A DNA stretch of 64,000 bases from an uncultured Acidimicrobiia bacterium (GCA_963836205.1 CAWIIV010000017.1:96001-160000), one strand, 5' to 3'; shown: positions 48,102 to 57,908, numbered from the stretch's first letter. Made by a program: numbers and translations. Notes: generated by a model not told the origin, from the sequence alone.

Positions 48102-49861
48102 TCACGCACATCTCGCTCGAGAACTGGCGGGCCTACCGCAGCCTCGACATCGACGTCCTGCCCGGTACCACGTTCCTCGTCGCCCCCAACGGCGTGGGCA
48201 AGAGCTCGCTGTTGGAGGCGGTGCGGTGGGTGTTGGCCGCCGGCAATGTCGAGCACCGGGCGTCGATGATCCGACAGGGCCACAAGGAGGCGACGGCCGC
48301 TGTCACGGTCGACGTCTCCGGCGGCTCCCTGGTCGTCGCCCGAGCCCTGCGGGCCAAGGGCGCCCGGCTGACGACGGAGACGACGGCCACCCTCGCCGGC
48401 CACCCGGTCGACGAGGCGGAGGCGGTGCGGCTGCTGGAGGAGTCGTGGTCGGCCGACCCCCGGTTCGTGTCCCGCACCGCCTTCCTCACCGAGGACCTCC
48501 GCCGGGACGCAGAGGAGCCCAACCTGCGCACCCATCTGTGCCGGGCCTACTCCCTCGACGACCTCCAGCGGGCGGTGGCCGAGATCGAGCCCGTCCTGAC
48601 CCAGCTGTCCAAGGGACTGAAGGCCTCCCGGGCCGAGCTTTCGGCGACCGAGGAGCAGCTGCGCACGGCCCAGGACGACCTGACCGGCCTGTCGGAGCGG
48701 GCCGCAACCGCCGGCGCCGCGGTCGACGCGGCCCGGGCGGCCCACACCGAGCTCCGGGCCGCCCTCGAGGTGGCCCGGGCGGCGGAGACGCAACGGGCGG
48801 CGGCGACCGCGTGGCGGGAGCGGGACGAACGCCTCCGGGACGAGGCAACCACGATCGGCCTCGTCCCGGAGGCGGGCGCACCGCTGGCCACCGCCCTGGC
48901 CGCGGTGGAGGACGACCTCGCGGCCCGCGTCGAGTCCATCCGCCAGCAGCAGGCCGCCCTGCGGGCCCGGGTGGAGGCGGCCGAGGCCGCCCTGGCGGCG
49001 CTGCTGGAGGCGGGGGCGACGTGTCCGGTGTGCCTGCGGGAGCTCGACGACGACAGCCGGGAGCGGGCCGAGCACCTCCACCGCACCGGGGTCGAGGTGG
49101 CCAGCGACGTGCTCGCCGACCTCGACCAGTCGACCGCGGCCGTCACCCTCGACGCGGTGCGCCAGCTGGCCCGGCGGGCGGCGGCGCTCGGCACCCCTCC
49201 CGAGGAGCCGCCGGCCGCCGGGCTCGACGAGCTGGTGGCGGCCGAGACCGAGGCCCAGGCCGCGCTCGAAGCGGCCGTCGGCGGCCTGCGGGAGGCGCAG
49301 CTGGCGGAGCAGGCCGCGGTGGCCCGGGTGGGCGCCATCCGCACCGACCTCGCCACCGCCGGCGCCCTCACCGAGCAGTACCGGGCCGAGGCCCTGCTGG
49401 AAGCGGCCAAGTCCGCCCTCAACCAGACCATCACCACCGTGCTCGGCCGCCAGCTGGAGCCGGTGGCGGCCGAGGTCAACCGCCGGTGGGAGGCCGTCTT
49501 CCCCGACCGGCCCAACCTCCACGTGCTGCCCGACGGGCAGATGTCGCGGGTGATCGACGGCGATCAGCTCGAGTTCGGGGCCTTCAGCGCCGGCGAGCAG
49601 ACCGTGGCCAAGCTGATGATGCGCCTCACCACCCTGCTGGCCACCACCACGGTGCCGTTCTGCTGGGTCGACGAGCCCCTGGAGCACCTCGACCCGGTCT
49701 CCCGCCAACTGGTCGGCAGCACCCTGGCCCATCTGAGCGCGGCCGGCGGGCTGGAGCAGATCTTCGTCACCACCTACGAGGAGCCCCTGGCCCGGCGTCT
49801 GGCCGAGCTCCAACCCGACCGGGTCCGGGTGCAGTACCTCCGCACCGAACCGTCCCGCTGA
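48098..49861 (+). CDS. Rad50/SbcC-like SMC-family ATPase with zinc hook
   Basis: ISLENWRAY, APNGVGKSS, coiled coil, CPVC, FSAGE, CWVDEPLEHLD. Confidence 0.9.
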   Translation: MITHISLENWRAYRSLDIDVLPGTTFLVAPNGVGKSSLLEAVRWVLAAGNVEHRASMIRQGHKEATAAVTVDVSGGSLVVARALRAKGARLTTETTATLAGHPVDEAEAVRLLEESWSADPRFVSRTAFLTEDLRRDAEEPNLRTHLCRAYSLDDLQRAVAEIEPVLTQLSKGLKASRAELSATEEQLRTAQDDLTGLSERAATAGAAVDAARAAHTELRAALEVARAAETQRAAATAWRERDERLRDEATTIGLVPEAGAPLATALAAVEDDLAARVESIRQQQAALRARVEAAEAALAALLEAGATCPVCLRELDDDSRERAEHLHRTGVEVASDVLADLDQSTAAVTLDAVRQLARRAAALGTPPEEPPAAGLDELVAAETEAQAALEAAVGGLREAQLAEQAAVARVGAIRTDLATAGALTEQYRAEALLEAAKSALNQTITTVLGRQLEPVAAEVNRRWEAVFPDRPNLHVLPDGQMSRVIDGDQLEFGAFSAGEQTVAKLMMRLTTLLATTTVPFCWVDEPLEHLDPVSRQLVGSTLAHLSAAGGLEQIFVTTYEEPLARRLAELQPDRVRVQYLRTEPSR

Positions 49862-49939
49862 CGGCCCGACCACCCGCAACTGGTGACAGTTGCAGCCCTC
49901 ACACGGCGGTACGTGTCACCAGTTCGCAGAGGGGAGCGG

Positions 49940-50503
49940 TCAACGCCGGCTGACGTCCCGCAGCCGCGACTCCACGGCCTCCCGCCGGGCGTCGGACGCG
50001 TCGTCTTCGTCGTCGCCCAGGAACAGGTCGTGCAGCTGCACCGCGAGGACCGCCTGTTGGGTAGCGGTGGCGGCGAGGTCGTCCCGCTCGGCCACGTAGG
50101 CCGCGGCCGCCTTCACCGCCTCGTGCTCGACCCGGTCGACCTCGTCCGGGTGGTCGAAGCGCCACCGCCGGGCCCGTTGGACGATGGCCGGCTTGTCGTC
50201 GTCGGCGTCGATGCCGGCGGCGGGGAAGACCCGGCAGTCGTAGGTGCGACATGCCCGCGGCCGGTGCTCGTAGATCGAGCAGGCATCGTCCACCAACATG
50301 GGGCAGTGGCCGTGCTCGTCGTAGCCCATGAGGACGTGGCCGACGGGCAGGCGGGGGGCCTCGAACAGCAGGCGGGCGGGTATCCGGGCCCGGGTGGCGG
50401 CCTCCTCGGGCCCGATGTGGACGAACTGCGACGAGGTGCAGCAAGCGGTGCAGCCGTGGCACGGCACCTCCGACTCGCCTCCGCCCCGAAGGGCGCGCTG
50501 CAT
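49940..50503 (-). CDS. YkgJ-family CxxCxxCC cysteine-cluster protein
   Basis: CHGCTACC, CPML, CSIYEHRPRACRTYDC; frame is open further upstream. Confidence 0.9.
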   Translation of the reverse strand: MQRALRGGGESEVPCHGCTACCTSSQFVHIGPEEAATRARIPARLLFEAPRLPVGHVLMGYDEHGHCPMLVDDACSIYEHRPRACRTYDCRVFPAAGIDADDDKPAIVQRARRWRFDHPDEVDRVEHEAVKAAAAYVAERDDLAATATQQAVLAVQLHDLFLGDDEDDASDARREAVESRLRDVSRR

Positions 50504-50586
50504 CCCGGCCAGCCAGGCGGAGAAGCTCCCGGCCGGCAGCGGCTGGTCGTCGGTCGCGTCCGTCTTGGCCCCGGACTGACTGTCGC

Positions 50587-51006
50587 TCAGCGGGCCCGGA
50601 CCCGGTTGTTGCGGGGGTTGTGCTCCAGCTCGACCAGGCCGAGGTGCTCGAGGAGGGGTGGGACGTACATGGCGAAGCGGCCCCGGTAGCCCTTGCGCAG
50701 CCCGTACCAGCCGCCGACCGGGTTGTCCTCGGCGCGGGCCCAGGCCTCCAAGGTCCCGTCCTTGGCCGGCTTGTTCTCGTCGGCGCTGCCGAGGTCCATC
50801 CAGTCGCCGTGCTCACGGAGCATGGCCGGGGCGTCGTCCAGGCAGCGGGCGAGATACTTCAGCTTGGTCGTCCCGACGACGCAGACCAGCTCGGCCGGGT
50901 CGACGCTGTCGTCCCGGTACATCTGGTACTCGGAGGTCCCGGGCGGCGTCCTCAGGACCCACGGGTCGTCCGGGGTCCCAGTGCCGGTCGCGGCGGTGTC
51001 GGTCAT
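50587..51006 (-). CDS. Conserved hypothetical protein (DUF6855-like)
   Basis: GTPDDPWVLRTPPGTSEY, GGWYGLRKGYRGRFAMY, LEHNPRNNR. Confidence 0.8.
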   Translation of the reverse strand: MTDTAATGTGTPDDPWVLRTPPGTSEYQMYRDDSVDPAELVCVVGTTKLKYLARCLDDAPAMLREHGDWMDLGSADENKPAKDGTLEAWARAEDNPVGGWYGLRKGYRGRFAMYVPPLLEHLGLVELEHNPRNNRVRAR

Positions 51007-51009
51007 GGG

Positions 51010-51989
51010 GACCATTCTGCCCCGCTCGTCGCGACGGGCGCGGGCCCGGCGCTTGCCTTCGTGCATGGCCTGCACCCGGCCGGTGGGGATGGCGTGGCCC
51101 TCGGCGACGAGGTCGGCCGGCAGCGGCTGGGGGCCGGGCATCCGCTCGGCCCACGAGTCGCGGTCGCCGAGCTGCCGCAGGGCGGTGTGGATGGTGAAGT
51201 CGGCCGGCCGGGCGGCGTCGATCTCGCCCAGGCCGGCGGGAACGACACCGGCACGCCCGGCCGCACCCGCGGGCTGTAGGCGGCCACCACCGTCGCCCCG
51301 CCCACCCGGGTGGCGTCGACGAACACCTTCCCGTCGCGGTCCTCCTTCATGAAGGCGACGGTCGCCAGGCCGGGGTCGAGGGCCGCGGCCCGGCCGGCGA
51401 TGGCCCGGGTGGCGGCGGCCGCGTCCTCGATCGACGCCTGGTCGTCGATGGGCACGAACACGTGGACGCCCTTGGCCCCGCTGGTCTTGGCCGCCCACTC
51501 CAGGCCGACGTCGGCGAGGGCCTGGCGGACGAGCTTGGCCGCGCCGACGGCCATGGAGAAGGCGTCGATGGCGCCCTCCGGCGGGTCGAGGTCGAGGACG
51601 AGGTGGGTCATGCGGTCGGGACGGTCGACCTTGACGAGGGTCGGGTGGTATTCGATGGCCCGCTGGTTGGCGAACCACACCAGCGCGCGGCGGTCGTTGC
51701 ACAGGGCGAACGCCACCTCCCGCTTGGAGGCCTCCGCCCACATCTTCACCGTCCGGACCCACTCCGGGGTGTACTTGGGGACGTTCTTCTGCATGAACGC
51801 CTCCTGGCCTCGGTGGACCCGGATGACCGACAGCGGCCGGTCCTCCAGCACCGGGAGGATCCGGTCGGCGACCCCGTCGAGGTACTCGATGAGGTCCCGC
51901 TTGGTCGCCTCGGCACCGTCGAACAAGGGCTGGTCGAGGTTGGTCAACGTCACCCCGTGACGTGACTCCGCTGCTTTGGCCTCAGGCAT
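51010..51989 (-). CDS. ligD: Stand-alone LigD polymerase/primase domain; frameshift near 51228, 3' end uncertain
   Basis: LTNLDQPLF, TKRDL, FMQKN, LDLDPP, KTSGAKGVH, VAAYSPR, PVSFP; continues as ADFTI in another frame. Confidence 0.88.
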
Positions 51990-52040
51990 CGGATCTCGAC
52001 CGTACCGAGGAGTGCCGGTCCGGTACCCGCGGCGCTGGTC

Positions 52041-52550
52041 TTAGTCGAGGGTCAGGCGGAGGAGCTGGAGGCAGAGGGCGCGCAGGTCGGCCTCGGTGGC
52101 GCCGGTGCCGGGGGCGACGACGTCGGCCGCGTAGAGGTCGTCACCGACGAAGGCGAAGGCACTGGCCTGCCCGTCGTCGCTCGAGGCGAAGGCCTCGTCG
52201 CCATAGCCGGCGAGGGGCGCGTAGCCGGCGGGGACGGTGAAGGCCGCCCGCCCGCCGAGCACGATGGCGACGTCGATCCCCCGGGGACCGCCGTCGTCCC
52301 ACGTGAAGTTGCACCGACCGGGGTCGGGCGTCGAGTTCTCGGAGACGCCGCTCGCCGGCGGGAGCAGGTTCTGGACCTCGGCCAGGGTCACCCCGCACGG
52401 CGGGTCGGCATCGGTGGAGGTCCGGGCCGTCGTCACTGGGGAGGAATCGGTCGGGGCCGCCGAGGTCGTCGTCGTGTCGTCGTCGTCGCCGCCGCAGGCT
52501 CCAAGGGCGAGCACGGCAACCAACGCCACCAGGGACATGACCTTCTTCAT
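52041..52550 (-). CDS. Lipoprotein of unknown function
   Basis: Lipobox LGAC, Thr-rich linker, paired Cys, GYGDEAF. Confidence 0.8.
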   Translation of the reverse strand: MKKVMSLVALVAVLALGACGGDDDDTTTTSAAPTDSSPVTTARTSTDADPPCGVTLAEVQNLLPPASGVSENSTPDPGRCNFTWDDGGPRGIDVAIVLGGRAAFTVPAGYAPLAGYGDEAFASSDDGQASAFAFVGDDLYAADVVAPGTGATEADLRALCLQLLRLTLD

Positions 52551-52590
52551 CAGCGCCTCCTCGCGCTCGGAATCGAGAAATCATGCCCTC

Positions 52591-53238
52591 TTAGAGGGGT
52601 TCGAAGGTTCCCAGGGGCGGTGTCGGCTGAGTACTCGCGGGCGGGGCGAAGGCCATACGGTCGAGGAACAGGTGGACGTTGGGGCCGACGGTGACGGCAA
52701 AGGCCAGCGTGCCGATCCCGACCGAGCCGCCGAGGGCGACTCCGATGGCGAGGACGGTCAGCTCGATGGCCGTGCGCACCGCTCGCACCGATCGACCACG
52801 CCGGGCGAGGGCGGTCATCAGGCCGTCCCGCGGCCCGGGCCCGAGGCCGGCGCCGATGTAGAGGCCGGAGCCGGGCCCGAAGAGCGCGATGCCGAAGACG
52901 AGGAGGCCGATGCGGGCGGCCATCGACGCCGGCGTCTCGACGACGGCCATGGTCGCGTCGATGACGACGCCGATGATGAGGGCGTTGGCGACCGTGCCGA
53001 TGCCGACCCGCTCCCGCAGGGGGACCCAGAGGAGAAGGACGACCACCCCGACGATGATCGACGCGGTGCCGATGGCAAGGCCCGTCCGCTCGGCGACGCC
53101 CTGGTGGAGGACGTCCCACGGCGGCAGGCCCAGGTCGGCCCGCACCATGCAGGCGATGGCGACGCCGAAGAGCACCAGCCCCCCGAACAGCCGCGGCAGC
53201 CGTCGCCCCAACTCGGCCCGCGGCGGCAACGGAAGCAT
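52591..53238 (-). CDS. YczE/YyaS/YitT family membrane protein
   Basis: LGLPPWDVLHQG, GLGPGPRDGLM, LGGSVGIGT. Confidence 0.92.
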   Translation of the reverse strand: MLPLPPRAELGRRLPRLFGGLVLFGVAIACMVRADLGLPPWDVLHQGVAERTGLAIGTASIIVGVVVLLLWVPLRERVGIGTVANALIIGVVIDATMAVVETPASMAARIGLLVFGIALFGPGSGLYIGAGLGPGPRDGLMTALARRGRSVRAVRTAIELTVLAIGVALGGSVGIGTLAFAVTVGPNVHLFLDRMAFAPPASTQPTPPLGTFEPL

Positions 53239-53324
53239 CCGGCCAAGTTACGCGGGCCGACCCTCCTCGGCCCCGGATTTCCGCATGCCGCGACCGAGGC
53301 TCCACTACGAGCATTGAGGCTTCG

Positions 53325-53730
53325 AACCCGAGTGAGGACTGGACTCCATGCCGCCGAACCTCGCGCTACGGCTCGGGACGCAGCCCACCTCCGCAGCGGG
53401 GGAGCGACGCCGCGATGGACAACGACTGGTCCTGTCGCCACGAACTCCTGCACCTTCTCGGTCGGGTCGTCACGGAGGTCGACGTAGATGACCGCATCGC
53501 CAACCCACTCGCCGGGGACCTGCCAGTAGACCGCGTCGTCAGAGGCGAGGAACGTCCGCGCCAGGAGGTCGAGGCGCTCGTCGTCGAGCATGCGGGACTC
53601 CGCGATCCGACGAACGAGCCTCCCAGCGGCCACCCCGCCAACGGAGATCGGTGACCAGGAGCATCGCCGTGACGGGCGAGATGGACGCTGGGTCTCGTGG
53701 TGTTTTCGCCAGGAGATCGTCGGCGATCAA
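53325..53730 (-). pseudogene. Degraded hypothetical gene
   Basis: Coding-like segments in two frames (AMLLVTDLRW / LDDERLDLLARTFL..VYWQVP); limits approximate. Confidence 0.35.
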
Positions 53731-53857
53731 CGACGACGGAACGGCCGCTGACGTGGCCGGTCTGGAATCAGGAGCACCGGCCCCTCATGCGGTTCTGGTG
53801 CGCCTCCGGAGACCTTGATCTTGCCGTGGTCGAGGCTCTCCAATCGCGGCGGCTCGA

Positions 53858-54063
53858 TTGAGGCCGGCGTGGTCGGCGACCACGACCAGCCAGAGCGCGG
53901 GCAGCGCGGCCCAGAGCCAGCGCCGGCCCTTGCGGCAGCCGAGGCGAACAGGCCGATGGCCGCGGCCACCAGCGCCGTCTCGATGTGGTGGCCGGCGTCG
54001 CTGGCCGTATGGCCGGCATTCGAACCGGCCGCCGAACAGCCTCCAGCCGTAGCGCCAGTCGTC
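53858..54063 (-). pseudogene. Internal fragment of the PrsW gene, copy of 60175-60383
   Basis: Near-identical nucleotide match by inspection, with small indels. Confidence 0.9.
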
Positions 54064-54065
54064 CT

Positions 54066-54455
54066 GGCGAGACGGCCCGTCGAATCGGCGTGAAGACTCG
54101 AACCAGCCGCGGGTGCATCGACCTCGACGCAGGACGATCAGCTAGCTCCGGCGGTGCGCCAGCGGATCCAGGAGGAGGGGCTGCCAGCGGGCGGTGGCGA
54201 CTGGATGTTCTGCAGCACGGCGGGACGCTTTCTCAACCCCGAATCACTCAGCCAGCTGTTCGATCGGGTGGTCGGGCGCTCCGCGGTCCCGCGCAACAGA
54301 TTCCATGATGTTCGCCATACGCATGCCTCGCTGCTCATCGCCGCCAGCGTCCCGGTAAAGGTCGTCAGCGAACACCTCGGCCACGCCCATTCCGGCTTCA
54401 CCATGAACACCTACCAGCACCTCATTCGCCGCCCTGGTCACCGCCAGCCGGTAGA
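54066..54455 (+). pseudogene. C-terminal fragment of tyrosine integrase, copy of 62086-62509
   Basis: FHDVRHTHASLLIAA.VPVKVVSE.LGHA..GFTMNTYQHL; internal deletion near the end. Confidence 0.92.
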
Positions 54456-54592
54456 CGTCCGCCGGCCTGGGCCGGCGGACAACAGCAGGTCACGGACTCG
54501 CTGAGCTGAGTGCCGATAGACCGCGCCGGTGACGCGTCTCGGGGCAGCAGAAGGGCCGATCCTTTCGGACCGGCCCTGACCTGCTCGTTTCT

Positions 54593-54638
54593 TGGTGGCG
54601 GGGGTAGGATTTGAACCTACGACCCTTCGGGTTATGAG
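54593..54638 (-). repeat. att site: 3' half of tRNA-Met(CAT)
   Basis: Minus strand CTCATAACCCGAAGGGTCGTAGGTTCAAATCCTACCCCCGCCACCA; no D-arm or 5' acceptor strand upstream. Confidence 0.9.
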
Positions 54639-55093
54639 TTACCCGAAGAATCCGGCGGTCCGTGCTGATTGGTGCGGGTTCGTGCCTGTGAGCTGGCCTT
54701 TCGTGGCTGCGTCCTCCTGGTTCGGGTGGCTCGGTCCGGGTCCGACCCGATCGGTCCGGTAGAAGATCCGGTAGAAGAACCACCCAGGTGCAGGGGCACT
54801 CGCCGGTCCTCGTCGTCGAACACGGCCATCAGCTCCAGCCGGGCGCCGAGGGCCTCGAGGTACTGGCGGAGCGTTGAGACGCGTACGTCGTCGGCGTGCT
54901 CGAACTTGGAGACCGCCCCCTGGGTCACCTCTAGCCGGCCTGCCAGCTCGGCCTGACTCACCGCCTCGGCGTGGCGCAACTCGTACAGGCGGATCTCCTC
55001 CAATGTCTCGACTCGCTTCTCAGCGAGACGCTCCTTGGCGCCGGGACGCGCCTCGAGCTCTTGGCGGAGCTCGGAGAACTTGCGTCGAGCCAT
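54632..55093 (-). CDS. HigA-like XRE antitoxin with apparent read-through tail
   Basis: LYELR, SQAELAGRLEVTQGAVSKFE, STLRQYLEALGARLE. Confidence 0.88.
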   Translation of the reverse strand: MARRKFSELRQELEARPGAKERLAEKRVETLEEIRLYELRHAEAVSQAELAGRLEVTQGAVSKFEHADDVRVSTLRQYLEALGARLELMAVFDDEDRRVPLHLGGSSTGSSTGPIGSDPDRATRTRRTQPRKASSQARTRTNQHGPPDSSGNS

Positions 55094-55449
55094 CAGATCA
55101 ACCCCTCGTCGCGCAACTCGTCGAGATATCGGTCGTAGAGGTCATCAGCGGCGGGTACCGCCCACTCGTACCATGTGTCCCAGTCGCCGCTCTTGTCGCC
55201 GCCCAGCAGTAGGATCACCTGCCGGCGCGGGTCGAAGGCGAACAGCACGCGGAGCGCCCCGCCTTTGGAGGCCCTGAGTTCCTTCATATTGTGGTGCCGC
55301 GATGTGCTGATGCGGTCCACCACCGGCCGGCCCAGGTCGGGCCCTTGTCCGGCGAGGAAGTCGACACGGTCCGTGACCGACTCCTGCTGGTCGACCGACA
55401 ACGCCTCCCACCACTCGATGAACTCGTCGGTGACCTCGACTTCCCACAT
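55093..55449 (-). CDS. RelE/HigB-like (Gp49 family) toxin
   Basis: GPDLGRP.VD, NMKELR, RVLFAFDPRR, LLGGDK, WY; toxin-first order. Confidence 0.93.
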   Translation of the reverse strand: MWEVEVTDEFIEWWEALSVDQQESVTDRVDFLAGQGPDLGRPVVDRISTSRHHNMKELRASKGGALRVLFAFDPRRQVILLLGGDKSGDWDTWYEWAVPAADDLYDRYLDELRDEGLI

Positions 55450-55592
55450 CAGAATCGTACATTACTCATAGCTCATACAGTGCCTAGGTGATCGCACGTG
55501 GTCCTGTCATGGCGCTTCGTATGGGCTGACCTCCTCAGATCGCGCCTCGCCCCCGGGCAGCGACGTCGACGGAAAGTCAAGGGCCGACAGAA

Positions 55593-55800
55593 TCAGTATC
55601 GCTCGGCCCGAAAACCGGAGGCGTCGCCGAGGTGGAAGTAGATCCGCCCGCTGAGGGACCCGTCATCTTGGAGGGTGGCCCACCCTCGGCCGCTGACCGG
55701 ATCTCCCTCGTCGGTTCCGTCCCAGCTGAACTCGACGCGACGACGGTCGGTTCCGTCGCGACGCCAGTCCATTGTTGCCACTCACGACGATGAATCCGAA
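55593..55800 (-). pseudogene. 5'-truncated conserved hypothetical gene
   Basis: VEFSWDGTDEGDPVSGRGWA...GRIYFHLGD.SGFRA. Confidence 0.55.
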
Positions 55801-55817
55801 GCTGCCCGTACGGTCGG

Positions 55818-57530
55818 TCAGGTCCAGCGCTTCTTGTCGATGAGGGCCATGAGGTTCCGCTTACGGCCGTGCTCGGCGATGACCGTCGCCAGGAGGCGGC
55901 TGAACAGCTGCGGCTGATCGCCTTTGGTGGCCAGGGTCCGGATTCGTGCGAGGAGGTCGACGGCTGCTCGGTAGCCACCGTTCTTCTTGGTGTCTATCTG
56001 CGCGGCGACCGCTCGTTCGTAGATCGGGATGACGTCGAGCGGATGGGTCGTCTCCCGAGCCCGCGCCAGCGTCATCCACGTCCGCTCGTCACAGCCGTGC
56101 GCCGCGGCCGCCGACCATGCATCGTCGGCGCGGCCCTCGTAGAGGAGGATCTCGACCAGCGTGGTGGCCGGCGCCCGGTCGAGCAGCGGGTTGCGCGTTC
56201 TCGGCTGGGTGTCGCCAGCCTCCAGGCGCCGTCGGAGGAGATCGACGGCTTGTCGCCGGCGGGCGTCGCCGTCGGCGCTCTCGGCCAGGAGCTTGCGGTA
56301 GCCGTCGAGGGACGGGTGACTCTCGAACGCCTCACACCACAGGGCCTCCGCGGCCGGATTATCGCCGGCGACGCGGAGCTGAGAGGCGAGGAACTGCCGC
56401 AGCGGGGGCGTCTGCCAGTGCCGGTCGGCGAAGGTGTCAAGCCCGCGCCGACACCATTCGAGCGACTCTGCTTGGCGGCCGGCGGCGACGAGTGCTTGTA
56501 CGACCTCCAGGTAGTCGTCGGGCGTGCGAAGATCGCCGCTGCGGATGGCGATGAGGTCGTCAGGGTCGCCACCGGCCTGGGCGACGCCGATCATCGCCTG
56601 GGTCGCCGCGAACGCTCCGTGCCCATGGGGATCCTTCTGCTTCTTGGCGGCACGCCACCTCGGCTCGACGACTCGTCGGTAGGCGGCGATCCCATCGGGC
56701 CCGAGCACATCGGCATAGGTCGCTGCTGCTCGATGAAAGGTGTCGAGCTCGCTCGTCAGCTCGAGCTCAGCGAGGCGCTCCGCCAGCTCGACCGGATCCG
56801 GGTGCGCCTCCCGGCATGCGCCAAGGTGCAGCTCGCCGATCCGTCCCGAGATGTCAGTAAGCCAGCCGTCGCTGTCGTCGATGTACTGCACCGCCATATC
56901 GGAACGGCGATGCGCATGCTCAGCGAGCGCCACCACCGCGGCCGCATGCCCAGCGCCCACCAGGTCGCCGAGGGCGGCGAGGACGCCGTAGATGTCCTGG
57001 GCCCAGCCGGCCACCTCGGCGTAGGGGATGAAATGCCGGCTGTCCCCGAACACCGAGTCGATGCGCCGCTTCCACGTCCGAAGATCCAAAGACCCGCCAC
57101 CTTGAGCGATCGCCTGCGCCGTCAATCGCTCCCGCAGCCGCCAGTCCGAGTCGACCTGCTCCATAACGAGATCGACCAACGCGTCATTGTCGAGCCCGGC
57201 CAGGAACTTGCGTACATCTGGTTCCTCATCCTCGCTCCGGGCGGAGCGCTTCGACTTGCGGTCGGGTCCCGCTTCCTCGATCGCGACGGCAACGCAGTGC
57301 TTACAGAAAATGCCCTCCTCCCCCACCGGGCAGTTGCACGACCACGCCACCTTCGGGCTGCGACGAAGCTCGACGTGGTACGGCATCGAGCCCCGTACCA
57401 CCGCCGTCACGGCATCGCCATGTCGATCGCCGACCTCGACGCGCCCGCCGCGCTGGTAGCCGACGCCGCGCAGGAACGAACCAGGGTCCGCCAGGGACTC
57501 GATCTCGCTACGCGTCCACACGCCGGGCAT
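55818..57530 (-). CDS. SWIM zinc-finger protein with helical C-terminal region
   Basis: SFLRG..Y, CNCP....CKHCVAV; ATG at 57530. Confidence 0.9.
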   Translation of the reverse strand: MPGVWTRSEIESLADPGSFLRGVGYQRGGRVEVGDRHGDAVTAVVRGSMPYHVELRRSPKVAWSCNCPVGEEGIFCKHCVAVAIEEAGPDRKSKRSARSEDEEPDVRKFLAGLDNDALVDLVMEQVDSDWRLRERLTAQAIAQGGGSLDLRTWKRRIDSVFGDSRHFIPYAEVAGWAQDIYGVLAALGDLVGAGHAAAVVALAEHAHRRSDMAVQYIDDSDGWLTDISGRIGELHLGACREAHPDPVELAERLAELELTSELDTFHRAAATYADVLGPDGIAAYRRVVEPRWRAAKKQKDPHGHGAFAATQAMIGVAQAGGDPDDLIAIRSGDLRTPDDYLEVVQALVAAGRQAESLEWCRRGLDTFADRHWQTPPLRQFLASQLRVAGDNPAAEALWCEAFESHPSLDGYRKLLAESADGDARRRQAVDLLRRRLEAGDTQPRTRNPLLDRAPATTLVEILLYEGRADDAWSAAAAHGCDERTWMTLARARETTHPLDVIPIYERAVAAQIDTKKNGGYRAAVDLLARIRTLATKGDQPQLFSRLLATVIAEHGRKRNLMALIDKKRWT

Positions 57531-57607
57531 TCGACGATTCTGTCCTGTCCGCTCAGCCAGCTCGCCGTCTCCCCGCGAGCAGGTCGAAAACCGCAGCCAA
57601 GTCTCGG

Positions 57608-57908
57608 TCACTCCTTGGGCGCCGGCTGATCCCAACCTGAGATGCGCTCGATGGTCTTGCGAATGTCTCGGGCGGCGAGCTCGGCCCTTTCGGCCTTCTC
57701 GTGGAGATAGGCGATCTGCGAGAAAGCTCCGATCTGGTCCAGCTCGCCGTCCCAACAGGCCGCCAGCCTCATGGTGAGGTTTTCGAGTTCGCAACAAGTG
57801 TCGGTTGATCGTCGCCGCTTCGGCGTGCGTCTCCATCACCGCGATCGACCCCGGCAGCTCACGTCGGCGGTCAAGCAATTCGCGAAGACGATCATCGATG
57901 TCACCCAT
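57608..57908 (-). pseudogene. Frameshifted small hypothetical gene
   Basis: MGDIDDRLRELL... continues in another frame as LENLTMRLAACWDG...KTIERISGW..KE-stop. Confidence 0.4.

Noticed and set aside
54593-54638. Functional tRNA-Met gene (also 62659-62703)
   Set aside because: Only the anticodon loop to CCA is present; the 5' half is missing
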